IMG/VR virus record: IMGVR_UViG_3300046171_000138
DNA length: 64,000 bases
Reading direction: 5' to 3' (one strand)
Source of the DNA: a virus
In this document: positions 55,074 to 64,000 of the stretch, in pieces
Layout: the number at the start of each line of letters is the position of its first letter
How positions within the stretch are numbered: the first letter of the stretch is position 1
Made by a program: the position numbers and the translations under genes
The notes under the pieces: model-generated
The model's input: only the letters and a program-made list of their open reading frames with translations
Told to the model about the DNA's origin: nothing
Databases searched by the model: none

Positions 55074-56771
55074 ATGAGTCAACTATTTGGTTTTTTAATC
55101 AAAGACGGCGGGGGGAATAAGGGACAATCCCCTGTTCCCCCTAATAGTGATGACAGTGTAGCCACCGTAGCAGGTGGCTATTTTGGTACATATGTAGATG
55201 TTGAAGGCGTCTCCAAGAATGAGTATGAACTACTCAAGCGATATAGAGACATGTCGCTACACCCAGAGGTAGACACCGCCATCGATGAAATTGTAAACGA
55301 GTTTGTTGTCAGTGATGCTGACGATTCACCCGTTGAAATTGAGTTGTCAAATTTAGGTATGGGTGCAGGGGTCAAGAAAAAGATCCGTGATGAATTCGAT
55401 CACATCCTAAAGATGTTGAACTTTGACAAGAACGCTCATCAGATTATTCGTAATTGGTATGTGGATGGTAGGGTATATTACCACAAGGTCATTGATCTTG
55501 AAAACCCAAAGCAAGGAATTTTAGAACTACGAAATATTGATGCAGTCAAGATTCGTAAAGTTCGTCAAAAGATTGTTAATCCAGAAGTAGCAGCAAATCC
55601 TCAAGCAGTCAAAGGTACTGCACTGCAGTATGACTGGGGTGATTACGTAGAGTATTACATCTATCAACCAAAGGGTTTCTCTGGTTCGATGACGATGCCA
55701 CATAACAGTGCATCAGATTTCTCAACTAATAATGGAATCAAGATTGCTTCAGACTCTATCGCCACAGTAAACTCTGGCGTTATGGATCTTAACAAGAAGT
55801 ATAGTTTGTCCTTCTTGCATAAAGCAATCAAGTCTCTCAATCAACTACGAATGATTGAAGACTCTCTTGTTATCTACAGACTGTCACGCGCACCAGAACG
55901 TAGAATCTTTTACATTGACGTTGGTAATCTTCCCAAAGTAAAAGCGGAACAGTACCTACGTGATGTCATGGCACGTTATCGTAACAAGCTTGTATACGAT
56001 GCTAGCACTGGCGAGATTCGTGACGACAAGAAGCATATGAGTATGCTTGAGGATTTCTGGTTGCCCCGTCGTGAAGGTGGTCGTGGTACAGAAATCACAA
56101 CTCTACCTGGTGGTCAGAACCTAGGTGAACTCAAGGACGTTGAGTATTTCAGAAAGAAACTATACAACTCACTAAACCTACCACCCTCTCGTCTTACTGA
56201 CGACAACAAAGCATTCAACCTTGGCAAGTCTACAGAGATCCTGCGCGATGAACTGAAGTTCAGTAAGTTCATTGGTCGTCTCCGCAAACGTTTCTCTCGT
56301 TTGTTCCATGACATTCTTAAGACTCAACTGATCCTCAAGGGCGTTATCGCTCCTGAAGATTGGGATGACATGGAAGAGCATATTCAGTATGACTTCCTGT
56401 TTGACAACCACTTCAATGAACTGAAGGAACAAGAGATGATGATGCAGCGCATCACTCTCGTCACACAAATGGATCCTTTTGTTGGTAAGTATTTCTCTAC
56501 CGAGTATATCCGTCGTCAGGTTCTCATGCAGACCGAGAAGGAATACAAGGAAATCGATAAGCAGATGCGTGTTGATATTGACAGCGGTATGGTAATTGAC
56601 CCTGTTGATGTTACATCTATGGATATGATGGATCGTCAAAACGATGCTTTCAAACCTGAACTAGATGCACAGTCTGCGGAAGACGATGCTACTAGAGAAC
56701 TAGACAAGGCAAAGGAAATGGAGAAGTTAAAACCTGCTCCTGCGCCTACAAAACCTAAAGCTGATAAATAA
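55074..56771 (+). CDS. gp20: Portal vertex protein gp20
   Basis: YRLSRAPERRIFYIDVGNLPKVKAEQY, EDFWLPRREGGRGTEITTLPGG. Confidence 0.98.
   Translation: MSQLFGFLIKDGGGNKGQSPVPPNSDDSVATVAGGYFGTYVDVEGVSKNEYELLKRYRDMSLHPEVDTAIDEIVNEFVVSDADDSPVEIELSNLGMGAGVKKKIRDEFDHILKMLNFDKNAHQIIRNWYVDGRVYYHKVIDLENPKQGILELRNIDAVKIRKVRQKIVNPEVAANPQAVKGTALQYDWGDYVEYYIYQPKGFSGSMTMPHNSASDFSTNNGIKIASDSIATVNSGVMDLNKKYSLSFLHKAIKSLNQLRMIEDSLVIYRLSRAPERRIFYIDVGNLPKVKAEQYLRDVMARYRNKLVYDASTGEIRDDKKHMSMLEDFWLPRREGGRGTEITTLPGGQNLGELKDVEYFRKKLYNSLNLPPSRLTDDNKAFNLGKSTEILRDELKFSKFIGRLRKRFSRLFHDILKTQLILKGVIAPEDWDDMEEHIQYDFLFDNHFNELKEQEMMMQRITLVTQMDPFVGKYFSTEYIRRQVLMQTEKEYKEIDKQMRVDIDSGMVIDPVDVTSMDMMDRQNDAFKPELDAQSAEDDATRELDKAKEMEKLKPAPAPTKPKADK
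56763..56770 (+). promoter_or_regulatory. T4-type late promoter (GATAAATA)
   Basis: At the gp20 3' end, upstream of 56793. Confidence 0.55.
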
Positions 56772-56792
56772 AATATAACTCTTGATTATAAT

Positions 56793-56978
56793 ATGGACAC
56801 ACCATTAGAGTCTGAACTCGTTGACATTGTTGATTTGATTGCTGACAAGAAGCGCGGCGATGCGTTAGATAAGATTAACGATTATCTATACGGCAAAGCA
56901 CAAGACGTTATTGATCAGTACAAGCAAAGTGTAGCATCTAGCTACTTTGATGAACCTACAGATACTCCAGAAGAATGA
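56793..56978 (+). CDS. Small acidic prohead core protein (gp67/68 position)
   Basis: Synteny between gp20 and gp21; acidic and helical. Confidence 0.65.
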   Translation: MDTPLESELVDIVDLIADKKRGDALDKINDYLYGKAQDVIDQYKQSVASSYFDEPTDTPEE

Positions 56979-57619
56979 AACTCATTACAGAAAACATTGA
57001 GGAGGTCAAACTTTTGACCGAAGAAAAAGACGGTCAAAAGTGTCTCTACATTGAAGGTGTATTCCTCCAATCGGAAGTAAGAAACCGTAACGGAAGAGTA
57101 TATCCATTTTCTGTTCTGGAAAAAGAAGTAGGTCGTTACAATGAAGAGTACGTATCGAAAGGTCGTGCGCTAGGAGAACTCGGTCACCCCGATGGTCCTA
57201 CTGTAAACCTTGATCGTGTATCCCACAGGATCACAACACTCAAGGCAGAAGGTAATAACTTCGTGGGTAAGGCAAGAATTCTTGACACACCAATGGGCAA
57301 CATTGCCAAATCTCTCCTTGGTGAGGGTGTGAAACTTGGTGTTTCTTCTCGCGGCATGGGTAGCATTGATAAGCGTGAAGACGCTAACTATGTTATGGAT
57401 GACTTTATGCTTGCGACTGCTGCTGATATCGTAGCAGATCCTTCTGCCCCTGATGCATTTGTAAACGGCATCATGGAAGGAAAGGAGTGGGTATGGGACA
57501 ACGGACTCCTAAAGGAGAAAACCGTGTCTAAATACCAGGGATACATTAGTGAATCATCCAAGAAAGATTTGGAAGCGAGGACCCTACAGGTCTTTGAACA
57601 CTTCCTGTCAAATCTCTAA
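56975..57619 (+). CDS. gp21: Prohead protease gp21
   Basis: IEGVFLQSE..NRNGRVY, GELGHP, GVSSRGMGS, DIVADPSAPDAFV. Confidence 0.97.
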   Translation: MKLITENIEEVKLLTEEKDGQKCLYIEGVFLQSEVRNRNGRVYPFSVLEKEVGRYNEEYVSKGRALGELGHPDGPTVNLDRVSHRITTLKAEGNNFVGKARILDTPMGNIAKSLLGEGVKLGVSSRGMGSIDKREDANYVMDDFMLATAADIVADPSAPDAFVNGIMEGKEWVWDNGLLKEKTVSKYQGYISESSKKDLEARTLQVFEHFLSNL

Positions 57620-57622
57620 CTT

Positions 57623-57630
57623 AATAAATA
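57623..57630 (+). promoter_or_regulatory. T4-type late promoter (AATAAATA)
   Basis: Upstream of gp22. Confidence 0.6.
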
Positions 57631-57669
57631 ATCATAGAAATAGCTATAGAAATTCAAGGGGAAACTCAC

Positions 57670-58848
57670 ATGTCAGATATGTTAAAGGAAAAATTTGAGG
57701 AGTTTGTAACTGAATCAGGTCTAGTTGTTGAAGCTGGCGATCCAATGCCAACAGTATCTGCAGCAGTTATTCCTGGTGGTGGCGGTTACGAAGCGTCTAG
57801 TCAGTCCAAGACCGAAGTCAACTCCAAAGCTGGAGCTGGTGAAGGTAAGGCAACTGTAGGCACTGATGCTGTCAATGGTTACGGTGCTCAACAGTCAGTA
57901 ACCGATAATGGTGGTCCACGTCCAGACGGAAACGATGAGGGCGAAGACAATCCTGGTGCTAAAGCATCAGCTCCTGTTGGTGCTAAAGGCGCACAGAGCG
58001 ATGGTACTGCACAGACAGCAAACATCAATGATCCTGGCGACCAAGGCAAGACTCAAACCGTTGGTGCTGACGCAGCATATGCTACCAGCACTGGTCCTGA
58101 TGTATCTTACCCCATTAAACCTTCCTTCGAGTCCCTTGACATGAGTGCAGATGTTGCAGCACTTACAGAAGGTACAGAACTCACAGAAGAGTTCAAAGAA
58201 AAAGCAACTACAATTTTTGAAGCAGCAGTCAAATCCAAACTATCTGAAGAGTGGGCAAAACTCGAAGAGCAGTTTGAGACTCGTGTCTCCGAGCAAGTAA
58301 CATCTGTTAAGGCAGAACTTGCAGAAGAGGTAGGCGGTACTATCAAGTACGCCATTCAAACATGGTTGGAAGAGAACCAAGTATCCATCGATCGTGGTAT
58401 TCGTAACGAAATTACTGAAGACTTCATCGCTGGACTCAAGAATCTCTTCCAAGAACACTACATTAATATTCCCGATGACAAAGTTGATGTTGTCGAAGGA
58501 ATGACTGAAGATATTCGTAAGATGGAAGACAGCCTCAACGAACAGATTGAGCGCAACGTGAAACTTCAAGGTCGTCTAGATGAGTCTGCAAAGACTGTAA
58601 TTCTGAACATCGTTTCGGAAGGTCTGGTAGACACACAAAAAGACAAGTTGGCATCTCTAGCAGAAGGCGTAGAGTTTGAGTCGGAAGAGAAGTTTGCAGA
58701 GAAGGTTAAGACCCTCCGCGAATCATACTTCCCAGCAAACCCTGCAACACCTGCAGCAGAAGCTACTGATGAAGCACCAGTTGAAGGTGGAGAAGTAACC
58801 CCAGCAATGGCGGCATACCTCAACGCTATTAGTCGCTGGAACTCATAA
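57670..58848 (+). CDS. gp22: Prohead scaffold protein gp22
   Basis: LTEEFKEKATTIFEAAV, KVKTLRESYF; sits between gp21 and gp23. Confidence 0.93.
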   Translation: MSDMLKEKFEEFVTESGLVVEAGDPMPTVSAAVIPGGGGYEASSQSKTEVNSKAGAGEGKATVGTDAVNGYGAQQSVTDNGGPRPDGNDEGEDNPGAKASAPVGAKGAQSDGTAQTANINDPGDQGKTQTVGADAAYATSTGPDVSYPIKPSFESLDMSADVAALTEGTELTEEFKEKATTIFEAAVKSKLSEEWAKLEEQFETRVSEQVTSVKAELAEEVGGTIKYAIQTWLEENQVSIDRGIRNEITEDFIAGLKNLFQEHYINIPDDKVDVVEGMTEDIRKMEDSLNEQIERNVKLQGRLDESAKTVILNIVSEGLVDTQKDKLASLAEGVEFESEEKFAEKVKTLRESYFPANPATPAAEATDEAPVEGGEVTPAMAAYLNAISRWNS

Positions 58849-58877
58849 TAATTTAACTCCCTAATCCAACAAAGAAA

Positions 58878-60284
58878 ATGTTTAACGCAGAACATCTTCA
58901 GGAAAAGTGGGCACCTGTTCTTGGTCACGAAGGCTCCTCGCCTATCGATAACCGTTACAAGAAAGCTGTCACCTCCGTCCTCCTGGAGAACCAAGAAAGA
59001 TTCATGCGCGAAGAGCGCGGTATGCTAAACGAAGTTGCAGTTAACAGCCTAGGTGCTGGTACTGTTTCTCCTGCTGGCAGCGCACTCGGCAACGCTAACA
59101 CCGCTGGTCTTGCAGGTTTCGACCCTGTACTCATCAGCCTCGTCCGTCGTGCAATGCCTAACCTAATGGCATATGACGTTTGTGGCGTCCAACCAATGAG
59201 CGGTCCTACTGGACTAATCTTCGCAATGCGCTCCCGCTACGAGAACCAAGGCGGCGAAGAGGCATTGTTCAACGAGCCTGACAGTGCATTCTCCACAGCA
59301 CACGACGCTACAGTAGGTGCTTATACACCTAGAACTGGCGCTGGTGTCGGTGGCGATTCCGAAGGCAACAACCCTGCACTCCTTAACGACTCCTCACCTG
59401 GAACCTACGAAGTAGGTCGTGGCATGAGCCGTGAGAACTTGGAGAAGATGGGCGAAGCTTCCCGTCTGTTCCGTGAGATGTCCTTCAGCATTGAGAAGAC
59501 TTCTGTGACTGCAAAGTCCAGAGCTCTCAAAGCAGAGTACACCTTGGAACTGGCACAAGACCTCAAGGCGATCCACGGTCTAGATGCAGAGCAAGAACTT
59601 GCTAACATCTTGTCTAGTGAAGTCCTTGCAGAGATCAACCGCGAAGTCGTTCGTACTGTATATCAGGTTGCTAAAGTTGGTGCTCAAAACAACGTAGCAA
59701 ACGCTGGTATCTTCGACCTCGACGTTGACTCCAACGGCAGATGGTCTGTTGAGAAATTCAAGGGTCTTCTCTTCCAAATCGAGCGTGATGCTAACGCAAT
59801 CGCACAAGAGACTCGTAGAGGAAAGGGCAACTTCTTGATCTGTTCTGCTGATGTTGCTTCGGCACTCGCAATGGCAGGCGTTCTTGACTACAGCAGCGGT
59901 CTAACTGGTGCTGGTGGTCCTTCCATCGGTGATGTTGATGACACTGGCAACCTTTCGGTTGGTACAATCAACGGTCGCATCAAGGTCTACGTCGATCCTT
60001 ATGCTGCTAACCTTTCCGACAAGCACTACTACGTCATCGGATACAAAGGTACATCACCTTATGACGCAGGACTATTCTACTGTCCTTACGTTCCCCTCCA
60101 GATGGTTCGCTCGATCGACCCCGAGACCTTCCAACCAAAGATTGGTTTCAAGACTCGCTACGGCATGGTCAGCAACCCCTTCGTCACCACCAACGGTGCA
60201 TACAACGGCACCCCCGATGGCGAAACCCTCTCGGCAAACGCCAACATGTACTACAGAAGAGTACAAGTTATCAACCTCATGTGA
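58878..60284 (+). CDS. gp23: Major capsid protein gp23
   Basis: GVQPMSGPTGLIFAMR, AKSRALKAEYTLELAQDLKAIHGLDAE, FQPKIGFKTRYG. Confidence 0.99.
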   Translation: MFNAEHLQEKWAPVLGHEGSSPIDNRYKKAVTSVLLENQERFMREERGMLNEVAVNSLGAGTVSPAGSALGNANTAGLAGFDPVLISLVRRAMPNLMAYDVCGVQPMSGPTGLIFAMRSRYENQGGEEALFNEPDSAFSTAHDATVGAYTPRTGAGVGGDSEGNNPALLNDSSPGTYEVGRGMSRENLEKMGEASRLFREMSFSIEKTSVTAKSRALKAEYTLELAQDLKAIHGLDAEQELANILSSEVLAEINREVVRTVYQVAKVGAQNNVANAGIFDLDVDSNGRWSVEKFKGLLFQIERDANAIAQETRRGKGNFLICSADVASALAMAGVLDYSSGLTGAGGPSIGDVDDTGNLSVGTINGRIKVYVDPYAANLSDKHYYVIGYKGTSPYDAGLFYCPYVPLQMVRSIDPETFQPKIGFKTRYGMVSNPFVTTNGAYNGTPDGETLSANANMYYRRVQVINLM

Positions 60285-60305
60285 TTCATCACCCAGGTTT
60301 CTTAC

Positions 60306-60335
60306 AGACCTCCCAGCAATGGGGGGTCTTTTTTT
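60306..60335 (+). terminator. Rho-independent terminator after gp23
   Basis: AGACCTCCCA-GCAA-TGGGGGGTCT followed by TTTTTT. Confidence 0.85.
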
Positions 60336-60337
60336 GT

Positions 60338-60344
60338 CTAAATA
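60338..60344 (+). promoter_or_regulatory. Late-promoter variant (CTAAATA)
   Basis: Immediately after the terminator, upstream of 60371. Confidence 0.55.
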
Positions 60345-60370
60345 ATTAAAGACTATACCATGGGGTTATT

Positions 60371-61057
60371 ATGCCATCCCTAGATGAGGCAGCTGCGAAA
60401 AGAGAACAAGCAGCAACACAAAAAGAAAAAATTAAATCAGAAAAAACAGAACCTGTTATCCAGCAGGCACCAAGCAAGTCACCAGTCAAAACGATTGCGT
60501 TAACACTAGGTGGTCTCTTTGCCTTGGCACATATCGGTTTGTTGGGTTATGTGTTTAATAGACCAGAGCAACAACAGGTTCCCCAAGTACCTACAATCAA
60601 TATCCCCCGTGGAGATTATTCTTCATATCGAATCAAAGCAGGGAAAGATGGATACGAGATTGAGTATCGTGCAAACGATCCTGCTATTCTTGAGTCGCAA
60701 AAATCTTTATCATTGGATAAAGAAAAGAAAGGATTCTTTGGTGGTGGTGGCACCGAGAGACGCCGTGAGTGGCGTCAAGACCAATTCACTATGGAAGGCA
60801 CACGCAACCTGGGAGGTGTTGGAGGAGACGGCGAGGGAAAGTTGACTGCAAAAGAAGAAGAGTGTTTAGTGGCGGACGCTGGCGCACGGTCACAAGGTGC
60901 AATGGCAGGTAGTGCTATCGCTGCTGGTGTTGCTGTTCCTGCTGCTATGAGCATACCCTATGTGGGTTGGTTGGCAGGTGGATGGGCTCTACTCCTCGGT
61001 CAAAAAGCAGGGTCCAGTCTAGGTTCTACCGTAGGTACAGTCTTCAATGACTGCTAA
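60371..61057 (+). CDS. Hypothetical membrane protein with glycine-zipper-like C-terminus
   Basis: Transmembrane-like IALTLGGLFALAHIGLLGYVF; C-terminal GAMAGSAIAAG...GWLAGGWALLLG..AGSSLG. Confidence 0.7.
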   Translation: MPSLDEAAAKREQAATQKEKIKSEKTEPVIQQAPSKSPVKTIALTLGGLFALAHIGLLGYVFNRPEQQQVPQVPTINIPRGDYSSYRIKAGKDGYEIEYRANDPAILESQKSLSLDKEKKGFFGGGGTERRREWRQDQFTMEGTRNLGGVGGDGEGKLTAKEEECLVADAGARSQGAMAGSAIAAGVAVPAAMSIPYVGWLAGGWALLLGQKAGSSLGSTVGTVFNDC

Positions 61058-61060
61058 ATA
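61054..61060 (+). promoter_or_regulatory. Late-promoter variant (CTAAATA)
   Basis: Upstream of gp3. Confidence 0.55.
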
Positions 61061-61080
61061 GTAGTGCTTGGGAAGTTGAC

Positions 61081-61593
61081 ATGTCTGCTGATTGGTACAA
61101 AAAATTACCTCAAAATAGAAACTTTCTAACACCCACAGGGTTTAAGTTTACCTTGGAAAGATTCGGTGGTGTAGATTTCTTTTGCCAATCAGCAAGCATT
61201 CCAGAAGTTAATATGCCAACCATTGAAGTGGCAACACCGTTTAGAGGTATACCCATTATTCCTGGTGGTGGTGTAGAATACGGTGATCTAACGGTTCGTT
61301 TTATTGTTGACGAAGATCTATCCAACTACATGACAGTATGGAACTGGATCAGAGACAATGGTAATGGGGAATCATTTGATGGAGAAGGAGAAGGATATTC
61401 CGATGGTATCTTACAGATATTAACGTCCAACTTCAATCCAAAATTTAGTGTAAGGTTTGAAAGATTAATGCCAGTGCAACTCACTAGTATTCCATTTGAT
61501 TTTTCAGTGGGAGAAGTCGAGTTCTTTACAGCTAACGTTACTTTCAAGTACACACGTTATACAATATGTGATTTAGGATTGCAACCTCTATGA
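61081..61593 (+). CDS. gp3: Tail tube terminator / tail completion protein gp3
   Basis: NRNFLTPTGFKF, FFCQSASIP, YGDLTVRFIVDEDLSNY. Confidence 0.9.
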   Translation: MSADWYKKLPQNRNFLTPTGFKFTLERFGGVDFFCQSASIPEVNMPTIEVATPFRGIPIIPGGGVEYGDLTVRFIVDEDLSNYMTVWNWIRDNGNGESFDGEGEGYSDGILQILTSNFNPKFSVRFERLMPVQLTSIPFDFSVGEVEFFTANVTFKYTRYTICDLGLQPL

Positions 61594-62063
61594 ATTTTAG
61601 TTCATTACATCAACGCTTCCAAAAAATTAAGGAAGAGTGGAACAAAGATACACAAATCGATTTTCAATTTAAGAACAAACAATACTCCGAAGATCTAGCA
61701 CGGCTTGCGTTGGAGATTCCTTTCCAGCACAACAAATATTTAAATCATTACACAGATCTTTCTCAAATTAAAACCTCATTAGAATTTGAGTATCGAAGAC
61801 TGTTAAGAGATAAAAGAGAATACTACGGTGGCGAAGCAGATGCAAAAACATATGCCGAGAAACCTTTTGGCAACAGTATTAAAACTGCAGAGAAGATGAA
61901 AGTCTACTTGGAGTCAGATGACGAACTTATCAACACAGAAGCAAAGGTAAAGTACATCGACCAGATGCTTTACTTTCTCGATCATGTGATGAAACAAGTT
62001 TCTAATCGTGGGTTCCAAATCAAGAGTGCTATTGAATGGGAAAAATTTATTAATGGAAACTAA
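61590..62063 (+). CDS. uvsY: Recombination mediator UvsY
   Basis: IPFQHNKYL, YYGGEA, RGFQIKSAIEWEKF; adjacent to uvsW. Confidence 0.9.
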   Translation: MNFSSLHQRFQKIKEEWNKDTQIDFQFKNKQYSEDLARLALEIPFQHNKYLNHYTDLSQIKTSLEFEYRRLLRDKREYYGGEADAKTYAEKPFGNSIKTAEKMKVYLESDDELINTEAKVKYIDQMLYFLDHVMKQVSNRGFQIKSAIEWEKFINGN

Positions 62064-63523
62064 TGTCACATCTAGTTGTCAAGAAAAAGAATGAGGTCTA
62101 TCTACAGATCTCATCAGAGCCTCACGTTCATCGTGAGTTGGCAGACTACTTCTCCTTTGAGTTACCAGAGGCAAAGTTTCTAAAACGCCAACCAAGATTT
62201 AGATATTGGGATGGTATGATCCATCTGTATTCTCCTGGTACAGGTGAACTGTATCATGGTCTCCTACCTCACTTGAAAGAGTGGTGTAGAGAAAGAGAGT
62301 ATGGTATTAAATTCGAGAACAATGATTGGTACGGGGAAGTAGAGGTAAGTAACGATTTCGTTTCTCCACCTGCTGTTGCAGATTGGATGAAACATATCTG
62401 TAAGTACAAACCAAGAGACTACCAGTACATGACTGTGTATAAGGCTCTCAAAAATAACAGAGGTTTGTTCCTGTCTCCAACAGGATCTGGCAAATCCCTT
62501 ATGATTTATTCTATCGTTCGCTACTACGTAGCGTCAGAAAAAAAGATTCTACTGATCGTTCCTACGACATCATTGGTAGAACAAATGATAAAGGATTTCA
62601 AAGACTATGGATGGAATGCAGATGAGTTCTGTCACACCATATATTCAGGCAAAGATAAGAATACTGACAAACCAGTTGTCATCTCAACATGGCAGTCAAT
62701 CTACAAGTTTCCGAAAAGATACTTTGATGACATTGATTGTGTTATCGGAGATGAAGCACACCTATTTAAGGCGAAGTCCCTCACAGGTATCCTCACCAAG
62801 CTCCACAACGCGAAGTATCGCTTCGGGTTCACGGGTACACTTGACGGTAGCAAGACTCATAAGTGGGTCTTGGAAGGATTGTTTGGTGCATGTGAACAGG
62901 TTACGAAGACGGATTCTCTTATTAAGAAAGGGTTCCTTTCTAACTTAAGAATTAAAATCCTAGTCTGTAAACATGACTACAAATACTTCGCTGACTTTCA
63001 TGAGGAAATGGAGTACATTGTAACACATGAAAAGCGAAACAACTTAATTAAAAATATTGTTAACGACATTGAAGGCAACACACTAGTGTTGTTTAACTAT
63101 GTGGAAAAGCATGGCGAACCTTTGTATGAGTTAATAAATAATTACATCAGTGACGACAGAAAAGTATTCTTCGTCCATGGTGGCACTGATACCGAGGATA
63201 GGGAACAAGTAAGAGCAATCACAGAATGCGAATCTAACGCTGTCATTATCGCATCTTACGGTACGTTTTCCACAGGCATCAATATTAAAAAATTACATAA
63301 CATCGTATTTGCTTCTCCCTCCAAATCCCGAGTTAGAAATCTACAATCTATTGGTAGAGTTCTACGTAAAGGAGATGGAAAAGATATTGCTACCTTGTAT
63401 GATATCGCTGATGATATCTCTGGGCGTAACTATAACTATACTTTAAAACATCTTATTGAAAGGATTGCAATATATCAAGAAGAGAACTTTAAGTACGAAA
63501 CTATAAACATAGACTTAAGGTAA
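62063..63523 (+). CDS. uvsW: SF2 helicase UvsW
   Basis: SPTGSGKS, DEAH, FTGTL, YGTFSTGINI, QSIGRVLR. Confidence 0.97.
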   Translation: MSHLVVKKKNEVYLQISSEPHVHRELADYFSFELPEAKFLKRQPRFRYWDGMIHLYSPGTGELYHGLLPHLKEWCREREYGIKFENNDWYGEVEVSNDFVSPPAVADWMKHICKYKPRDYQYMTVYKALKNNRGLFLSPTGSGKSLMIYSIVRYYVASEKKILLIVPTTSLVEQMIKDFKDYGWNADEFCHTIYSGKDKNTDKPVVISTWQSIYKFPKRYFDDIDCVIGDEAHLFKAKSLTGILTKLHNAKYRFGFTGTLDGSKTHKWVLEGLFGACEQVTKTDSLIKKGFLSNLRIKILVCKHDYKYFADFHEEMEYIVTHEKRNNLIKNIVNDIEGNTLVLFNYVEKHGEPLYELINNYISDDRKVFFVHGGTDTEDREQVRAITECESNAVIIASYGTFSTGINIKKLHNIVFASPSKSRVRNLQSIGRVLRKGDGKDIATLYDIADDISGRNYNYTLKHLIERIAIYQEENFKYETINIDLR

Positions 63524-63526
63524 AGA

Positions 63527-63913
63527 ATGGAAGAAGAATTTTATGCAACGTTAAAACTAACATCAAATGAGGAACTACTTGCTAAAGTATGTTACTTGAC
63601 TGAAGAAGAATGTTTACTTGTGGAAAAACCCTTGTTGGTTATTCGTGCCACTCAAAAGAAAAGTGGTAGGCTTGTGGAAGGATTCTCATTAAGTGACTGG
63701 GTAATGTCTTCTTATGAAGAACTATACGTTATAAAGATGGAACAAGTAGTAACCATTACTGAAATGGATAAGAAGATAAAAGGATTCTATACCAATCACT
63801 TATCTAGAGAAGATGATGATACACCTACAGATAAGATGTCAAAAGAAATGGGGTATCTAGGATCAGTAACAGATCAAAAAAGTAAATTAGAAGATCTCTT
63901 TAATAAAAGCTAG
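63527..63913 (+). CDS. Conserved hypothetical protein downstream of uvsW
   Basis: EEFYATLKLTSNEELLAKV; found at this position in T4-like cyanophages as I recall them. Confidence 0.75.
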   Translation: MEEEFYATLKLTSNEELLAKVCYLTEEECLLVEKPLLVIRATQKKSGRLVEGFSLSDWVMSSYEELYVIKMEQVVTITEMDKKIKGFYTNHLSREDDDTPTDKMSKEMGYLGSVTDQKSKLEDLFNKS

Positions 63914-63940
63914 TATGTCTCTTGAACCCTTAACAGAGTT

Positions 63941-63969
63941 ATTCTATAGGTGTTAGGTGTATTTGTCAA
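63941..63969 (-). promoter_or_regulatory. Near-consensus sigma70 promoter pointing leftward (antisense)
   Basis: The minus strand reads TTGACA-aatacacctaacaccta(17 nt)-TAGAAT. Confidence 0.65.
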
Positions 63970-63991
63970 GCCCCTGTGGAAAACTATTGAC

Positions 63992-63997
63992 TTGACA
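63992..63997 (+). promoter_or_regulatory. Sigma70 -35 (TTGACA) of a rightward promoter whose -10 lies outside the window
   Basis: Perfect -35 in the final intergenic region. Confidence 0.45.
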
Positions 63998-64000
63998 CCA

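Noticed and set aside
920-60266. Numerous 60-200-aa antisense ORFs in the track (e.g. 920..1438, 20043..20657, 56178..56639, 58566..58994)
   Set aside because: They lie wholly opposite well-supported + genes, have no recognisable motifs, and are expected shadows of codon bias; only hldD has family motifs.
50039-63523. Inteins or introns in gp17, gp20, gp23 or uvsW
   Set aside because: Lengths and motif spacing are normal for T4-like orthologues, with no splicing motifs or interruptions.
1-64000. tRNA, rRNA, CRISPR arrays, integrase or transposase
   Set aside because: No cloverleaf/T-loop context, repeat-spacer pattern or recombinase motifs were seen by eye, and intergenic gaps are all under about 90 nt. 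A tRNAscan-SE/Infernal run would be needed to exclude small structured RNAs formally.

Overview
This is the virion-morphogenesis region of a T4-like marine cyanomyophage (Kyanoviridae-type, probably Synechococcus-infecting); this assignment comes from recognising sequences, not from a database search. 1-26.5 kb and 36.2-42.4 kb hold large fibre/baseplate-type structural genes, including a subtilisin-like protease with two permuted cupredoxin-like inserts and a 2319-aa repeat protein. Inserted between them at 26.5-36.2 kb is an island with three very Cys-rich, Gly-rich adhesin-like paralogues, an assembly-chaperone-like gene, a 2OG-Fe(II) oxygenase, a GT9-like glycosyltransferase, a NodU-type carbamoyltransferase and an apparently self-contained ADP-heptose pathway. 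Next come the T4 core genes gp13-16, an accessory island (petE, gnd, SNase-like nuclease, many micro-ORFs), gp17-23, gp3, uvsY and uvsW. Almost everything is on the + strand behind (N)TAAATA late-promoter motifs; hldD is the only minus-strand gene. The most interesting signals are the heptose/carbamoyl modification island coupled to the Cys-rich fibre-tip proteins, a 1126-codon stop-free +1 frame inside the giant fibre gene, the permuted type-1-copper-like modules in the protease, and a near-consensus antisense sigma70 promoter at the right end. Three single-base frameshifts (near 27590, 36991 and 44936) are most simply explained as sequencing or assembly indels. I found no tRNA, rRNA, CRISPR array, integrase or intein.
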